A stretch of DNA of 64,000 nt from Candidatus Acidiferrum sp. (GTDB lineage Bacteria > Acidobacteriota > Terriglobia > Acidiferrales > UBA7541), in the NCBI GenBank assembly GCA_035704085.1, contig DASSXG010000032.1, positions 32,748-96,747 on the forward strand, in the 5' to 3' direction. The notes under the pieces are model-generated. The model did no database searches. It worked only from the letters and a program-made list of their open reading frames with translations, and was not told where the DNA came from. Shown here piece after piece: positions 28,535-38,618 of this stretch (within the stretch, counting starts at the first letter, position 1; every line of letters begins with the position of its first letter). The position numbers and the translations under genes were made by a program.

Positions 28535-29406
28535 AATTCGCCCAGCTCACACTCATCCTTTTCATCGCCATTTTTCTGGCCGTTCCCCACGCCCTGGCGC
28601 AGCGCGCCGACACGATGATGCCGGAGGCCAGCACGGCGAAAGCCAAACAGATTCTCAGCGATCTCGTCAATGCCCTCGGCGGTCCCGGCTATTCCGAAGT
28701 TCGCGAAAGCCAGTGTAATGGCCGCCGCGCTCTCTTCGGCCACAATGGCGAGACGACAGGCTTCATCGATTTTGTAAATTTCCGCCGTTACCCGGACAAG
28801 GACCGCACCGAATACATTGGCAAGGGCCGGAACACCATCCTCCAATCCCTGCTTGGCATTGACGGATTGGATTTTGCCCATGGCGGCATCGTCATTACGC
28901 TTTTCAATGGCGACCAGGGCTGGAGCTACGACCGCAGCGGCGTCAATGAACTTCCCGCTACCGCCGTCAGTGATTTTCAGGAGCAAGTCAAGCGGAACGC
29001 AGATAATTTGCTTCGCCTCCGCCTCAACGAGCCCGGCCTGGATATTCGCTTCGGTGGCCAGGACACCGTGGATCTCAAGCAAATCGAGTGGGTGGAAATT
29101 ACCGACAGCGCCGAACGGAAATTCCGTCTGGCCGTTGATCATTTGAGCCATTTCCTGGTTCGCAGCGTAGTCAGCACCAAGAATGAGGAGACTCAACAGA
29201 TTGACGAAGACGTCACCATCTTTTCCAACTACCAATTGAAAGACAGCGTCTGGGTCCCATTGCAGGTCAGCCGGGAACACAACGGCCGCCGCACGGCTCA
29301 GATTTTTTACGAAACTTGCAGATTCAATTCCGGCCTTCCCGACGCTCTCTTCACCAAGGATTCACTCAAAAAAGGCGGTTCCGAAACCGTTCTCAAGAGG
29401 AAGTAA
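28525..29406 (+). CDS. Exported hypothetical protein (possible LolA-like / lipoprotein-sorting fold)
   Basis: Signal peptide ending HALAQ; A..IL...VNALGG, NGDQGW, FSNYQ....WVP, FNSGLPDALF. Confidence 0.6.
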   Translation: MRLKFAQLTLILFIAIFLAVPHALAQRADTMMPEASTAKAKQILSDLVNALGGPGYSEVRESQCNGRRALFGHNGETTGFIDFVNFRRYPDKDRTEYIGKGRNTILQSLLGIDGLDFAHGGIVITLFNGDQGWSYDRSGVNELPATAVSDFQEQVKRNADNLLRLRLNEPGLDIRFGGQDTVDLKQIEWVEITDSAERKFRLAVDHLSHFLVRSVVSTKNEETQQIDEDVTIFSNYQLKDSVWVPLQVSREHNGRRTAQIFYETCRFNSGLPDALFTKDSLKKGGSETVLKRK

Positions 29407-29434
29407 GCGTAGCCGATGTACAATTCTTTTCCCC

Positions 29435-31387
29435 ATGAAGCTATCTCTTCGCCAGCAGCGCGCGCTGGAATCTATCTGCGAAACGTTTCTCCCGCGCGCC
29501 GAAAGCTGGCCTTCCGCACTCGATTTGGGAATCCCCCAGGCCATCGCGGGCGCGATGGATTTCAATCCTCGTTCGAATGACCGCGCGCGGCTCCTTCAAC
29601 TTCTGGATTTCTGGGATTCCCGTCTGCACAGCCTGTTCACGCTGGGCCGCTTAAAACCGTTCTCTTCCCTCTCAAAGGAAGACCGTATTCGCGTCCTGCT
29701 TTCCTGGGCGGATAGCAGCATCGGCAAGCGTCGTGCCGCATTCCAAGCGCTTCGCAAAGCCGTCGGTTTTCTCCACGTCATGCTTCCCCAATCAAACGGC
29801 TCGCGCAGCCCGGTCTGGGACAATCTCAACTATCCCGGCCCGCTCCTCGTGCAAAAAATTTCCGCGCCTCCCTCGCTACCCGTGATCGTCCCCGATCGCG
29901 ACATGAATCTCTCCTGCGATGTTTGCGTGATCGGTTCCGGGGCGGGCGGAGGCACTGCCGCCGCTGTTCTTTCGAACGCGGGAAAGGATGTAATCGTGCT
30001 CGAAGCCGGCGCCTATTACGACGATGCTGATTTTGACGGCGCTGAGCTTGGCGGTTTTCAAAATCTCTACACGGAAGCAGGTTTCGCCGCCACCGCCGAC
30101 CACAGTGTTGGTTTGCTCGCCGGCGAATGCCTCGGCGGGACAACGGTCATCAATTACTGCACGTCGTTTCGAACGCCCGATGATATTCGAACTGAGTGGG
30201 CGGCCGCTGGCGTTCCGTGGTTTAGGTCCCCGGAATATACGCGCAGCCTCGACGCAGTCTGCGAAAGATTGCACGTCAATCTCGATCACAATCGCGTCTC
30301 CGCGCGCGAGCAAGTTCTCGATCGCGGCCTGCGCGCCCTCGGCTGGCACGTGGACGCGATGCCGCGCAACGTGGTCCGATGTGACCAGGGAAAAGTTTGC
30401 GGGTATTGCGGCTACGGCTGCGCCATCGGAGCGAAACAATCCGCCATCAAGACTTGGCTCGCGGATGCGCAACAAAACGGCGCGCGCTTCGTGGTGGAAA
30501 CTCGCGCCTTGCGCGTTCGAATGGAAGCCGGTTCCGCATCCGGCGTGGATGCGCGTTCGAAACGCGGCCACCACGTCAACATTCGCTGCAAAGCCGTCGT
30601 AGCCGCCTGCGGATCCGTCCACACGCCCGCGCTCCTTCTTCGCTCCGGCCTGCGCAACGAAAATATCGGCCGGCATTTGCACTTGCATCCTGTATCGAAT
30701 GTCTGCGGCGTGTTCGATGAAGAGATTCGTCCCTGGGAAGGAACGATGCAGGCCATCTATTCCGACGAACATCGCTACCTCACCGGAAACTACGGCGTAA
30801 AGTATGAAACCACGGCTCTACAGCCGGTCATCGCCGTGGCCGTGCTGCCATGGCGCGAGCCGCAGCAATACCGCGGGTTGCTCTCGAAGCTCTCCCACAC
30901 TTCTGCCATTGGCGTTCTTCTTCGCGACCGTGACGCAGGCCGTGTCACTATTGATCGTGAAGGCCATCCGGTTTCTCACTATGCGCTCTCGGAATTCGAT
31001 CTCGGCCATCTTCGACGCGGATTCATCGGCGCAGCGCGCATCCTGGAAGCGGCCGGCGCGCGCCTGATCTTCTCTCCGCACGCGAAGTGGTGCGCCTATG
31101 AACCGGGCCGCGCCGGCTCGCTCGATTCTTTCACGCAGGCCATGGACTCCGCCGGATGGGACTCCGGGCGCCTGGCGCTCTTTTCTTTCCACATTCAGGG
31201 CACTGCCCGCCTCGGCGGCTCCGCACAGTCTTCCGTCACTAATCCCGACGGCGAAACTTGGGAAGTGCACGACCTTTACGTGATGGACAGCTCGTCCTTC
31301 CCCTCTGCCTCCGGGGTCAATCCCATGATCTCCATCGAAGCCATCGCCCATCGTAACGCCTCGGCCCTTAGCGCGCGTCTGGCTTAA
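29435..31387 (+). CDS. GMC oxidoreductase, long-chain alcohol oxidase-like
   Basis: DVCVIGSGAGGG, LGGTTVINY, CGYCGYGC, GRHLHLHP, FHIQGTARLG, FPSASGVNPMISI. Confidence 0.85.
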   Translation: MKLSLRQQRALESICETFLPRAESWPSALDLGIPQAIAGAMDFNPRSNDRARLLQLLDFWDSRLHSLFTLGRLKPFSSLSKEDRIRVLLSWADSSIGKRRAAFQALRKAVGFLHVMLPQSNGSRSPVWDNLNYPGPLLVQKISAPPSLPVIVPDRDMNLSCDVCVIGSGAGGGTAAAVLSNAGKDVIVLEAGAYYDDADFDGAELGGFQNLYTEAGFAATADHSVGLLAGECLGGTTVINYCTSFRTPDDIRTEWAAAGVPWFRSPEYTRSLDAVCERLHVNLDHNRVSAREQVLDRGLRALGWHVDAMPRNVVRCDQGKVCGYCGYGCAIGAKQSAIKTWLADAQQNGARFVVETRALRVRMEAGSASGVDARSKRGHHVNIRCKAVVAACGSVHTPALLLRSGLRNENIGRHLHLHPVSNVCGVFDEEIRPWEGTMQAIYSDEHRYLTGNYGVKYETTALQPVIAVAVLPWREPQQYRGLLSKLSHTSAIGVLLRDRDAGRVTIDREGHPVSHYALSEFDLGHLRRGFIGAARILEAAGARLIFSPHAKWCAYEPGRAGSLDSFTQAMDSAGWDSGRLALFSFHIQGTARLGGSAQSSVTNPDGETWEVHDLYVMDSSSFPSASGVNPMISIEAIAHRNASALSARLA

Positions 31388-31674
31388 CATGGGAAGCTTC
31401 AGGTGACGGATTTTGTCGCCATGTCCTGTGGAAAATAATTACTTCAAAGATAGATGGCTTGCGGTCGCAGAGGAAATTAAAGGCCGTATCACTTTGTTAC
31501 ATTTTTACCCATCGCTTGACGTTTGATATAAAATGTAACGGACAACTCGGAAAAAGTACTATGTATTGCGGTGATTCTCCAGCTTCGGCCTCGGCCCCAG
31601 AAATGCACCGAAGTGGGACATTGTCCCTGTGACTGGCATGGATCACCGGATCTAGCCTAGGCGAAGGAATCCCC

Positions 31675-32289
31675 ATGGATGTGCGTGCCAAACGCTCGGG
31701 CACCCGCTTTAGCCGTTCCCACGGCTTCAGCATGGTCGAATTGGCGGTTTCCCTGGCGATTCTTATAATTCTCACCGGGATGGCCATTCCTGCTCTCACG
31801 CAATCCCTCCGCGCCTACCAGCTTAACGATGCGGCCACTCGCCTCTCGGATATCCTAAAATTCACGCGGTATGAAGCGGTTCGTAGAAATACGACGGTGG
31901 ATTTCCGCGTCAAGCAGAATGGCACGGCTTGGAACATTTGGACAGATTGGGATAAAGATGGGGTCATGGATCCGACCGAAAAACAGTCGGTGATTGCTGG
32001 ATTCGTGACTCTGCTGCCAGCCGGTAGCACCGGACTGCCGGGTCCAAACTCGATTTCAGCCTCTCTAGGCGTCGCTCCTCCCGCGCTGGACCCCTCCAGG
32101 TCCGGCGCCAACGGATTCATCCGATTCGATGCCCGGGGCGCGCTGACACCGTTGTTGAACGCTTTTATCTTATATGTGGGCAGTTCGACCAATATCCAGT
32201 ACGGCTTTCGTGCGGTGGTCTTGCTCCCCTCTGGCGCTACGCAAGTTTGGTCTGCACCCCAGGGCGGAACCTGGGTCAGGGTCAGCTGA
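31675..32289 (+). CDS. Type IV minor pilin, FimT/GspH-like
   Basis: Class III signal HG|FSMVEL; ...LKFTRYEAVRRN; IRFDARG. Confidence 0.85.
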   Translation: MDVRAKRSGTRFSRSHGFSMVELAVSLAILIILTGMAIPALTQSLRAYQLNDAATRLSDILKFTRYEAVRRNTTVDFRVKQNGTAWNIWTDWDKDGVMDPTEKQSVIAGFVTLLPAGSTGLPGPNSISASLGVAPPALDPSRSGANGFIRFDARGALTPLLNAFILYVGSSTNIQYGFRAVVLLPSGATQVWSAPQGGTWVRVS

Positions 32290-32311
32290 GTCGAACCGAA
32301 AAGAAGTGGAG

Positions 32312-32836
32312 ATGCAATTTCTATTCACAAAACGCCGCCGCGATTCCGGCTTCAGCCTCCTCGAAATGATGCTCGCCACAATCATCTTGCTGGTGGGGCT
32401 GGTGGCGATTGCTCAGCTCGTACCCGCTTCGATTCTTCTGAATTCCCGCAATCGCACCGATTCTTCCTCTTTGGTTTTCGCGCAACGCGAGATGGATCAG
32501 TTCCTCGACCAGCCGCTCTCCTCACCTTCGTTCACGGATGCACTGGGAAATTTTTGCCAGCTCGGTAATGCCGCGACTCCTAATGTGGTTCAGGGGAGCA
32601 CGCTGGTGAACAACCTGGTGCTCATTAACTTCAACGCCGCACCCGTCGCCAACTACAGCTTCAACTACACCGACCCAAATGATCCAAGCGGCACGGCTTA
32701 CAACGTTCGCTGGGCGGTGATCGTCACCGGGAACGGTTCAACAGCTTCTTCTAAGCGCTTCATCCTCGGCGTTCAGCAGTCAGGCGGCAACGGCTTTCTT
32801 CCGCCGGTCACACTGGACATGATGGTAGGAAAATGA
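32312..32836 (+). CDS. Type IV minor pilin, PilV-like
   Basis: Class III signal SG|FSLLEM; second gene of the cluster. Confidence 0.8.
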   Translation: MQFLFTKRRRDSGFSLLEMMLATIILLVGLVAIAQLVPASILLNSRNRTDSSSLVFAQREMDQFLDQPLSSPSFTDALGNFCQLGNAATPNVVQGSTLVNNLVLINFNAAPVANYSFNYTDPNDPSGTAYNVRWAVIVTGNGSTASSKRFILGVQQSGGNGFLPPVTLDMMVGK

Positions 32837-33651
32837 GACGCGTCCTCAGTCAATACGCGCATAGGGGCTTCACCCTTCTCGAATTGATGATCTCTCTCGG
32901 CATCTTTCTTTTGATTTGCGGCGCGGCGTTCACTCTTCTTGCTACTTCTCAACAACGGTCGCGGACAGATACGCAGGTGCTCACATCCTTTCAGGAGGCG
33001 CGACTGGGGCTCGACCAGATCGTTCGTGACGTCAATGACGCGGGCTATCCTCCGCCGACCTACACGGATGGAATCCCGGCTGACTCCGCTAGCTCTCCCT
33101 TCGGCTGGAGTCCCGGTTACACTGTTCCTACTCCCTGCCAGATCGGCACGGGTGGAGGCGGAACATGCATCACGCCGACGGACTGGGACCTTATCATCGA
33201 GGCCAATCCGACTCCGCTGGCAGGCCCGCCGGTCCAATGGATACGGTACTCTTTGCAAGGGACTACGCTCTTGCGCGGCTCGGCTAACAAAGGGACTGCC
33301 CTCGATCCTGCCGTGCAAACTTTTCCAAACCTGGTGCCCTTCGTCCAAAATGTTGTAAACAATTCCGCACCCGCTCAGATCGCCCAGTATCAACTGTCAT
33401 ACCCAAACATGTTTCCGGGGGGAGCGCCAGTGCCGATCTTTTCTTATATCTGTGATAGCCCGGCAGTCCCCCAGTCCCCGCCTCCTCCGACGGTTCCTTG
33501 TCCCATAGCTGGAGCAGATAATTCGCCCGCGAACATCCGGGATGTCATTATTACCCTGATCGTTGCCTCTCCGCTCCCGGATGCAAGAACTGGCCAGCCC
33601 AGGCTTGTACAATTGACCGGACGCGGACGCCGCATTAACCCAAACCAGTGA
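32833..33651 (+). CDS. Type IV minor pilin, PilW-like
   Basis: RG|FTLLEL; QEARLGLDQIVRDVNDAGY motif; ATGA overlap. Confidence 0.82.
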   Translation: MRRVLSQYAHRGFTLLELMISLGIFLLICGAAFTLLATSQQRSRTDTQVLTSFQEARLGLDQIVRDVNDAGYPPPTYTDGIPADSASSPFGWSPGYTVPTPCQIGTGGGGTCITPTDWDLIIEANPTPLAGPPVQWIRYSLQGTTLLRGSANKGTALDPAVQTFPNLVPFVQNVVNNSAPAQIAQYQLSYPNMFPGGAPVPIFSYICDSPAVPQSPPPPTVPCPIAGADNSPANIRDVIITLIVASPLPDARTGQPRLVQLTGRGRRINPNQ

Positions 33652-33667
33652 GATTTGTTGAGTTCAC

Positions 33668-35239
33668 GTGAAAAAGTGCAGGCCAGATCGAGCGAGCGAA
33701 AGGGAAGCGGGAATAGCCCTGCTGATTTCCATTTTTATTCTGCTGCTGATCAGCGTTGTGGCGATTGCCCTAATCGTTTCTTCGGGGACGGAGTCCGCTT
33801 TGGCCGGGAATTATCGTTCTTCAACCACCGTCTACTACGCATCTCTCTCCGGCTTGGAGGAAGCACGCAGCCGGCTCTTTGCGAGGAACCCCAGCTCGTT
33901 CAATAATACTCAACCGGGCTTCATTCCCTCGCCCGGGGTCACGATGGCCGTAGGCTCCGTCGCTTATGTCTTGAATCCGTCTCCCAACCCCGCGTTCGGC
34001 GAAACTCTAGGAAACTTGCTGGCACTCTACCCGGACGTCGAATACGACAACGAGTTCGGTCCCGGGGCGCTCGCCGCCGCGAACGCCGCCGGCACGGTCC
34101 AGACAACTCCCTCCGTTTGGAGCACGGGCCCGCTGAACGCGGTGAACGGGACGATGGGTGGACCGTTCTTCAAGTGGGTGCGCATCAACCCTGTCTCAGA
34201 GATTTCGCTAAACCTGGATGTCGACGCCGACGGTCGGCCGGACTCGCCCACTCCGATCTATTACAACGGCACGAGTTTCAGCAATAGTTTAAGTGCTGGT
34301 CCGCAGGTGTTCGAAATCACTTCTCTCGCTGTCCTTCCCGACCGCAGCCGAAAGCTGCTCCAATACCTCGTGACTCCCAGCCCCGTTCAGCTGCCTCCTT
34401 TTCTTGCGGCCCTGACGTTGTCGGGCAGCACGAATGGTAGTGGTACCCCGCCAACCTTCCACGCGCCAGGCTTTAATGCCGTCTATGCAGCAAAAGGGAA
34501 TGACCAAGATTGTAATGGCAACCCGACAGGATCGCTATATGCGGCCATCGGTCTTTTTGGCGATTATACCGGTGGCAGTTACGCATCGGATCTTATTGGT
34601 ATTAAAGGAGGAATTCCAACTAACGTTAGCGGAACCAATGCCCAGCTGAACTATACGGGGTTGGGACCCGCGCCACCCAGCCCTAATCCGCCGGACGTCG
34701 AATACCTAACCGCGTTTCCCGCAAACCTCCAAACGCCGAGTCAACTTGATGCCATCGCACAAACCATTGTCCAAAATGCTGATGTCGTTCTCCCGTCAGG
34801 GCCCGTGAACTATCCTCTCCCTACCGTCACCGGATCCGCGCTGACATCATTGGGAATGTCCCCCACCAATCCACTTACAGTCGTCGTCAACGGAAATCTG
34901 GATATCAGCAACTGGAGCCACGATGGATACGGGCTCCTCCTGGTGACAGGTACGTTTACCTACGACCCGGATACGACTTGGAATGGAATCGTTCTCGTGA
35001 TTGGGCAGGGCATAGTTCAGGGAAGCCACATGCAGTACAAACAAATCAATGGCGCGGTGCTTGTGGCGAAAACCCGGGACACAAGTGGAGTTCTGCTGAC
35101 GGGAAGAATAGGAGGAGCATCCGTATCTTTCAATGACAATATGCAAGGCAAAGGCATTCGTTACAGCTCTTGTTGGATCCAGAAGGCCCAGCCCATCGCC
35201 GGATTCAGAGTTCTCTCCTTCCACGAAATCGCCCAGTAA
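33668..35239 (+). CDS. PilX-like pilin with a long C-terminal extension
   Basis: AG|IALLIS with no Glu at +5 (PilX trait); AGNYR...YYASLSGLEEA; C-terminal NGNL..S..GYGLLLVTG...WNGIVLVIG. Confidence 0.78.
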   Translation: MKKCRPDRASEREAGIALLISIFILLLISVVAIALIVSSGTESALAGNYRSSTTVYYASLSGLEEARSRLFARNPSSFNNTQPGFIPSPGVTMAVGSVAYVLNPSPNPAFGETLGNLLALYPDVEYDNEFGPGALAAANAAGTVQTTPSVWSTGPLNAVNGTMGGPFFKWVRINPVSEISLNLDVDADGRPDSPTPIYYNGTSFSNSLSAGPQVFEITSLAVLPDRSRKLLQYLVTPSPVQLPPFLAALTLSGSTNGSGTPPTFHAPGFNAVYAAKGNDQDCNGNPTGSLYAAIGLFGDYTGGSYASDLIGIKGGIPTNVSGTNAQLNYTGLGPAPPSPNPPDVEYLTAFPANLQTPSQLDAIAQTIVQNADVVLPSGPVNYPLPTVTGSALTSLGMSPTNPLTVVVNGNLDISNWSHDGYGLLLVTGTFTYDPDTTWNGIVLVIGQGIVQGSHMQYKQINGAVLVAKTRDTSGVLLTGRIGGASVSFNDNMQGKGIRYSSCWIQKAQPIAGFRVLSFHEIAQ

Positions 35240-35370
35240 GAGATTCTTCGCCAGAGGCTTTACCCCACCTCAGGATGTTTCTCAGTTCGATAAATACAAT
35301 CTTATGATTCCGCAACGATTCCATCTAGCCGGGTAGAGTGGATAGAGGGGAAACCGCCACGGAGTTTCAC

Positions 35371-36384
35371 ATGAAAACATATCTCCTTATTGCTGTGTGC
35401 CTCGGCTTTCTTTCGAATGAAGCGGCTCGTGCGCAGGAGACCTCACCCAGCGCGAAGTTCGATGTCTGGCTGCCCGGCAAACCCTGGGCGCTAGAGTTGG
35501 ACGGCGCGGGCTTCATCACCAAAGCCAATGAAATCAAACCCGACGGCCGCCGCTACTTCCTTGCGGAAAACGCGCAGACCCGCATGGCTGTTTCCGTGTT
35601 TCTCGAAGCCGCCAAAGCACCCGCGCAGCCCGGCGAATGCAAGCGCGCCCTTGAAGAAAAAGCCAAGCGCAATTCCTCCCTGGCCGCCGATGGTCTGAAA
35701 GGCGTGGCTTATCGCGAAAACGGCGAGATGCAGATTCTCGAGTTCACCTTGGCCGAGCTCGACGGCCTGCCCACCAATCAAAAGAATATTTTCGGCTGCC
35801 TCATCAAAGACGACGTCTTCGTGGACATCCATATTTCGAAAGTTTTTGCCAGGGCCGCGGACCAGCCCCTCTTTGACTCGCTCTTGCAGTCCATTCATTT
35901 TGTACCGAAGGAGTCTACGGCCGAGCCTGCGGTCGCTGGAAACAGCTTGCAGCTCTTTCAGGAAGGCAGCCGCTACTTCATCGCGCATCAATATCGCCAA
36001 GCCATCGCGCCCTATCGGAAAGCGTTCGACATCGAAAAGAGCACGCCTACGCTCGAGAAAAATCTTTGGCGCGTGCTTCTGGACAACCTCAGCATTTCTT
36101 ATGGAATTGCCGGCGATTTGACTAGCTCTCGCGAGGTTCTGACCTACGGCGTGTCCAAAGATCCTGACTATCCGCTTTTCTACTACAACCTCGCTTGCGT
36201 TACCGCGGAGAAGGGCGACCTCCCGGACACGAAGAGCTACCTAAAACTGGCATTCGAACGCCGCGAGAATCTCATTCCCGGAGAAACTTTTCCTGACGCC
36301 CGCGTGGATGATTCCTTCCAGAAACTCCTGCTGGAAAAAGAATTTCGACAATTCCTCCATTCGCTCTACGAGCAGCCGCAATAG
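35371..36384 (+). CDS. Exported TPR-repeat protein
   Basis: Signal peptide ending ARAQ; C-terminal TPRs [28 protein letters not shown]. Confidence 0.7.
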   Translation: MKTYLLIAVCLGFLSNEAARAQETSPSAKFDVWLPGKPWALELDGAGFITKANEIKPDGRRYFLAENAQTRMAVSVFLEAAKAPAQPGECKRALEEKAKRNSSLAADGLKGVAYRENGEMQILEFTLAELDGLPTNQKNIFGCLIKDDVFVDIHISKVFARAADQPLFDSLLQSIHFVPKESTAEPAVAGNSLQLFQEGSRYFIAHQYRQAIAPYRKAFDIEKSTPTLEKNLWRVLLDNLSISYGIAGDLTSSREVLTYGVSKDPDYPLFYYNLACVTAEKGDLPDTKSYLKLAFERRENLIPGETFPDARVDDSFQKLLLEKEFRQFLHSLYEQPQ

Positions 36385-36406
36385 CCCCGGTGGCCGGTGC
36401 CGCTTT

Positions 36407-36436
36407 TTGGCTCTCCGACTCTTCGGGCGCTATAAT
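36407..36436 (+). promoter_or_regulatory. sigma70 promoter for hslVU (probably leaderless)
   Basis: TTGGCT-N18-TATAAT; ATG at 36443. Confidence 0.55.
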
Positions 36437-36442
36437 GGTCGA

Positions 36443-36994
36443 ATGCCAAACAGCCGGGAAACCGCGCCGATGCACGGCACGACGGTTCTGTGCGTGCGCA
36501 GGGACAATAAAGTCGTGCTGGTCGCCGATGGCCAGGTGACCATGGGCGACCATGTCATGAAGCACACCGCGCGCAAGACGCGCCGTCTTTTCAATGACAA
36601 AGTCGTTGCCGGCTTCGCCGGTTCCACTGCCGATGCCATCACGCTGTTCGAACGATTCGAAGTCAAGCTGCAGGAATTTTCCGGTAATCTTCAGAAGTCC
36701 GCGGTCGAGCTCGCCAAAGATTGGCGCAAGGATCGCGCGTTGCGCCACCTGGAAGCGCTCCTCATCGTTGCCGATAACAAGGCCACGTTTATCCTTTCCG
36801 GTAACGGCGACGTCATCGAACCGGACGACGGCCTGGTGGCTATCGGTTCCGGCGGAACTTACGCGCTTTCCGCCGCCCGCGCCCTTCTGAAGCACTCCAA
36901 GCTCACCGCCAAAGACCTGGCGATGGAGGCCATGAGGATTGCCAGCGAGATTTGCATTTTCACCAACGCTAATTTTACAGTCGAGGAGCTGTGA
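36443..36994 (+). CDS. hslV: ATP-dependent protease subunit HslV
   Basis: HG|TTVLCVRR (catalytic Thr after a short propeptide), [27 protein letters not shown]. Confidence 0.95.
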   Translation: MPNSRETAPMHGTTVLCVRRDNKVVLVADGQVTMGDHVMKHTARKTRRLFNDKVVAGFAGSTADAITLFERFEVKLQEFSGNLQKSAVELAKDWRKDRALRHLEALLIVADNKATFILSGNGDVIEPDDGLVAIGSGGTYALSAARALLKHSKLTAKDLAMEAMRIASEICIFTNANFTVEEL

Positions 36995-37069
36995 GCTATC
37001 GGAAGTTGTAAATCGCCGGCCCTTGGTGATTGGCGGCTGAAGACTAAAAACTGATTCCTGAGAGCTTTT

Positions 37070-38512
37070 ATGACCACCAGCAAGTCTGAAAAGGAAATAA
37101 TCATAGCTCCCGGTGGGAACGGCGCCGCGCCGGGAACGGAAGCGGATCTCCTCCCCGCTCTCGATGACATGACTCCGCGCGAAATCGTCCTCGAGCTCGA
37201 CAAGTACATCGTGGGGCAGGCCGCCGCGAAGCGCGCGGTCGCCGTAGCGCTGCGCAATCGCGTTCGCCGCCAAAAGCTTCCGCCGGAAATTGCCGAAGAT
37301 GTTTTACCGAAGAATATTCTGATGATTGGCCCCACAGGCGTTGGGAAAACAGAAATCGCCCGGCGGCTTGCGCGCCTTGCGGGCTGCCCGTTCATTAAGG
37401 TGGAGGCTTCCAAATATACCGAAGTTGGCTACGTCGGCCGCGACGTGGAATCCATGGTCCGCGATCTCGTCGAAACTTCTATTGACATGATCCGCGAAGA
37501 AAAACTGGATGAAGTGGCGGACCGCGCCGAACAAGCCGCCGAAGAGCGCGTCCTTGATCTCCTGCTTCCCCCGCCGCCTCCGCCCGCGCCCGGCACCCCG
37601 GAAGCGGATGCTACCGCGCAGCGCGAACAGAATCAGCGCACCCGCGAAAAACTCCGCGCGCAGCTTCGCGAGGGAAAACTGGACCAGCGCATGGTGGACC
37701 TCGAGGTTCGCGAGCGCGCCATGCCCGCGTTCGAAATCATCTCCAATCAAGGCGTCGAGGAGATGGACGTCAACATCAAGGACATGCTCTCCGGCATGTT
37801 CGGCCAGCAGAAGAAAAAGCGCAAAATGAGTGTGGCCGACGCATTCGAATATTTAATTCAGGAAGAAGAAAACAAGCTGCTCGACATGGACCAGGTCACG
37901 CGCGTGGCCGTCGAGCGCGCCGAGCAGATGGGTATCATCTTTATCGATGAAATTGACAAAGTGGCCGGGCGCGAATCCGGCCACGGTCCGGACGTCTCGC
38001 GCGAAGGCGTGCAGCGCGACATCCTGCCCATCATTGAAGGTACCACCGTCAACACCCGCTACGGCATGATTCGAACCGATCACATCCTGTTCATCGCCGC
38101 CGGAGCGTTTCACGTGACCAAGCCCTCGGACTTGATTCCGGAGCTTCAAGGGCGTTTGCCGATTCGCGTCGAGCTGCAATCGCTAAAGGAAGAGGATTTC
38201 ATCCGCATTCTCACCGAGCCGAAAAATGCGTTGATCAAGCAGTATGTCGCGCTTCTCGAAACCGAAGGCGTGAAACTCAACATCACCGAAGACGCCGTCG
38301 CGGCGGTCGCGCGCTTTGCCACCAGCGTCAACGAGCAGACGGAAAACATCGGCGCCCGACGCCTTCACACCATCCTTGAAAAGGTCCTCGACGAGATTTC
38401 GTTCGAGGCGCCCGACCTCAAGAAGAAGAATGTGAAAGTTGACGCTGCCTACGTTACCAAGCAGCTCGCGGACATCGTAAAGAATCAGGACCTCAGCCGC
38501 TACATCCTCTAG
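37070..38512 (+). CDS. hslU: ATP-dependent protease ATPase subunit HslU
   Basis: [57 protein letters not shown]. Confidence 0.96.
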   Translation: MTTSKSEKEIIIAPGGNGAAPGTEADLLPALDDMTPREIVLELDKYIVGQAAAKRAVAVALRNRVRRQKLPPEIAEDVLPKNILMIGPTGVGKTEIARRLARLAGCPFIKVEASKYTEVGYVGRDVESMVRDLVETSIDMIREEKLDEVADRAEQAAEERVLDLLLPPPPPPAPGTPEADATAQREQNQRTREKLRAQLREGKLDQRMVDLEVRERAMPAFEIISNQGVEEMDVNIKDMLSGMFGQQKKKRKMSVADAFEYLIQEEENKLLDMDQVTRVAVERAEQMGIIFIDEIDKVAGRESGHGPDVSREGVQRDILPIIEGTTVNTRYGMIRTDHILFIAAGAFHVTKPSDLIPELQGRLPIRVELQSLKEEDFIRILTEPKNALIKQYVALLETEGVKLNITEDAVAAVARFATSVNEQTENIGARRLHTILEKVLDEISFEAPDLKKKNVKVDAAYVTKQLADIVKNQDLSRYIL

Positions 38513-38514
38513 AA

Positions 38515-38618
38515 TTCGAAACTCGAAAATGGAAACTCGAAATTCGTGTAAGCTCAGAAAGCACGATGGCCGCCCGCGGAGTTTATTCAATTTCGGATTT
38601 CGAGTTTCACTTTTCGTG
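38515..38618. repeat. Inverted pair of degenerate 7-bp tandem arrays
   Basis: ttcgaaa ctcgaaa atggaaa ctcgaaa (38515-38542) versus tttcgga tttcgag tttcact tttcgtg (38591-38618). Confidence 0.7.

Noticed and set aside
31632-31650. sigma54 promoter for the pilin cluster (CTGGCATG...)
   Set aside because: The -12 TTGC element is absent.
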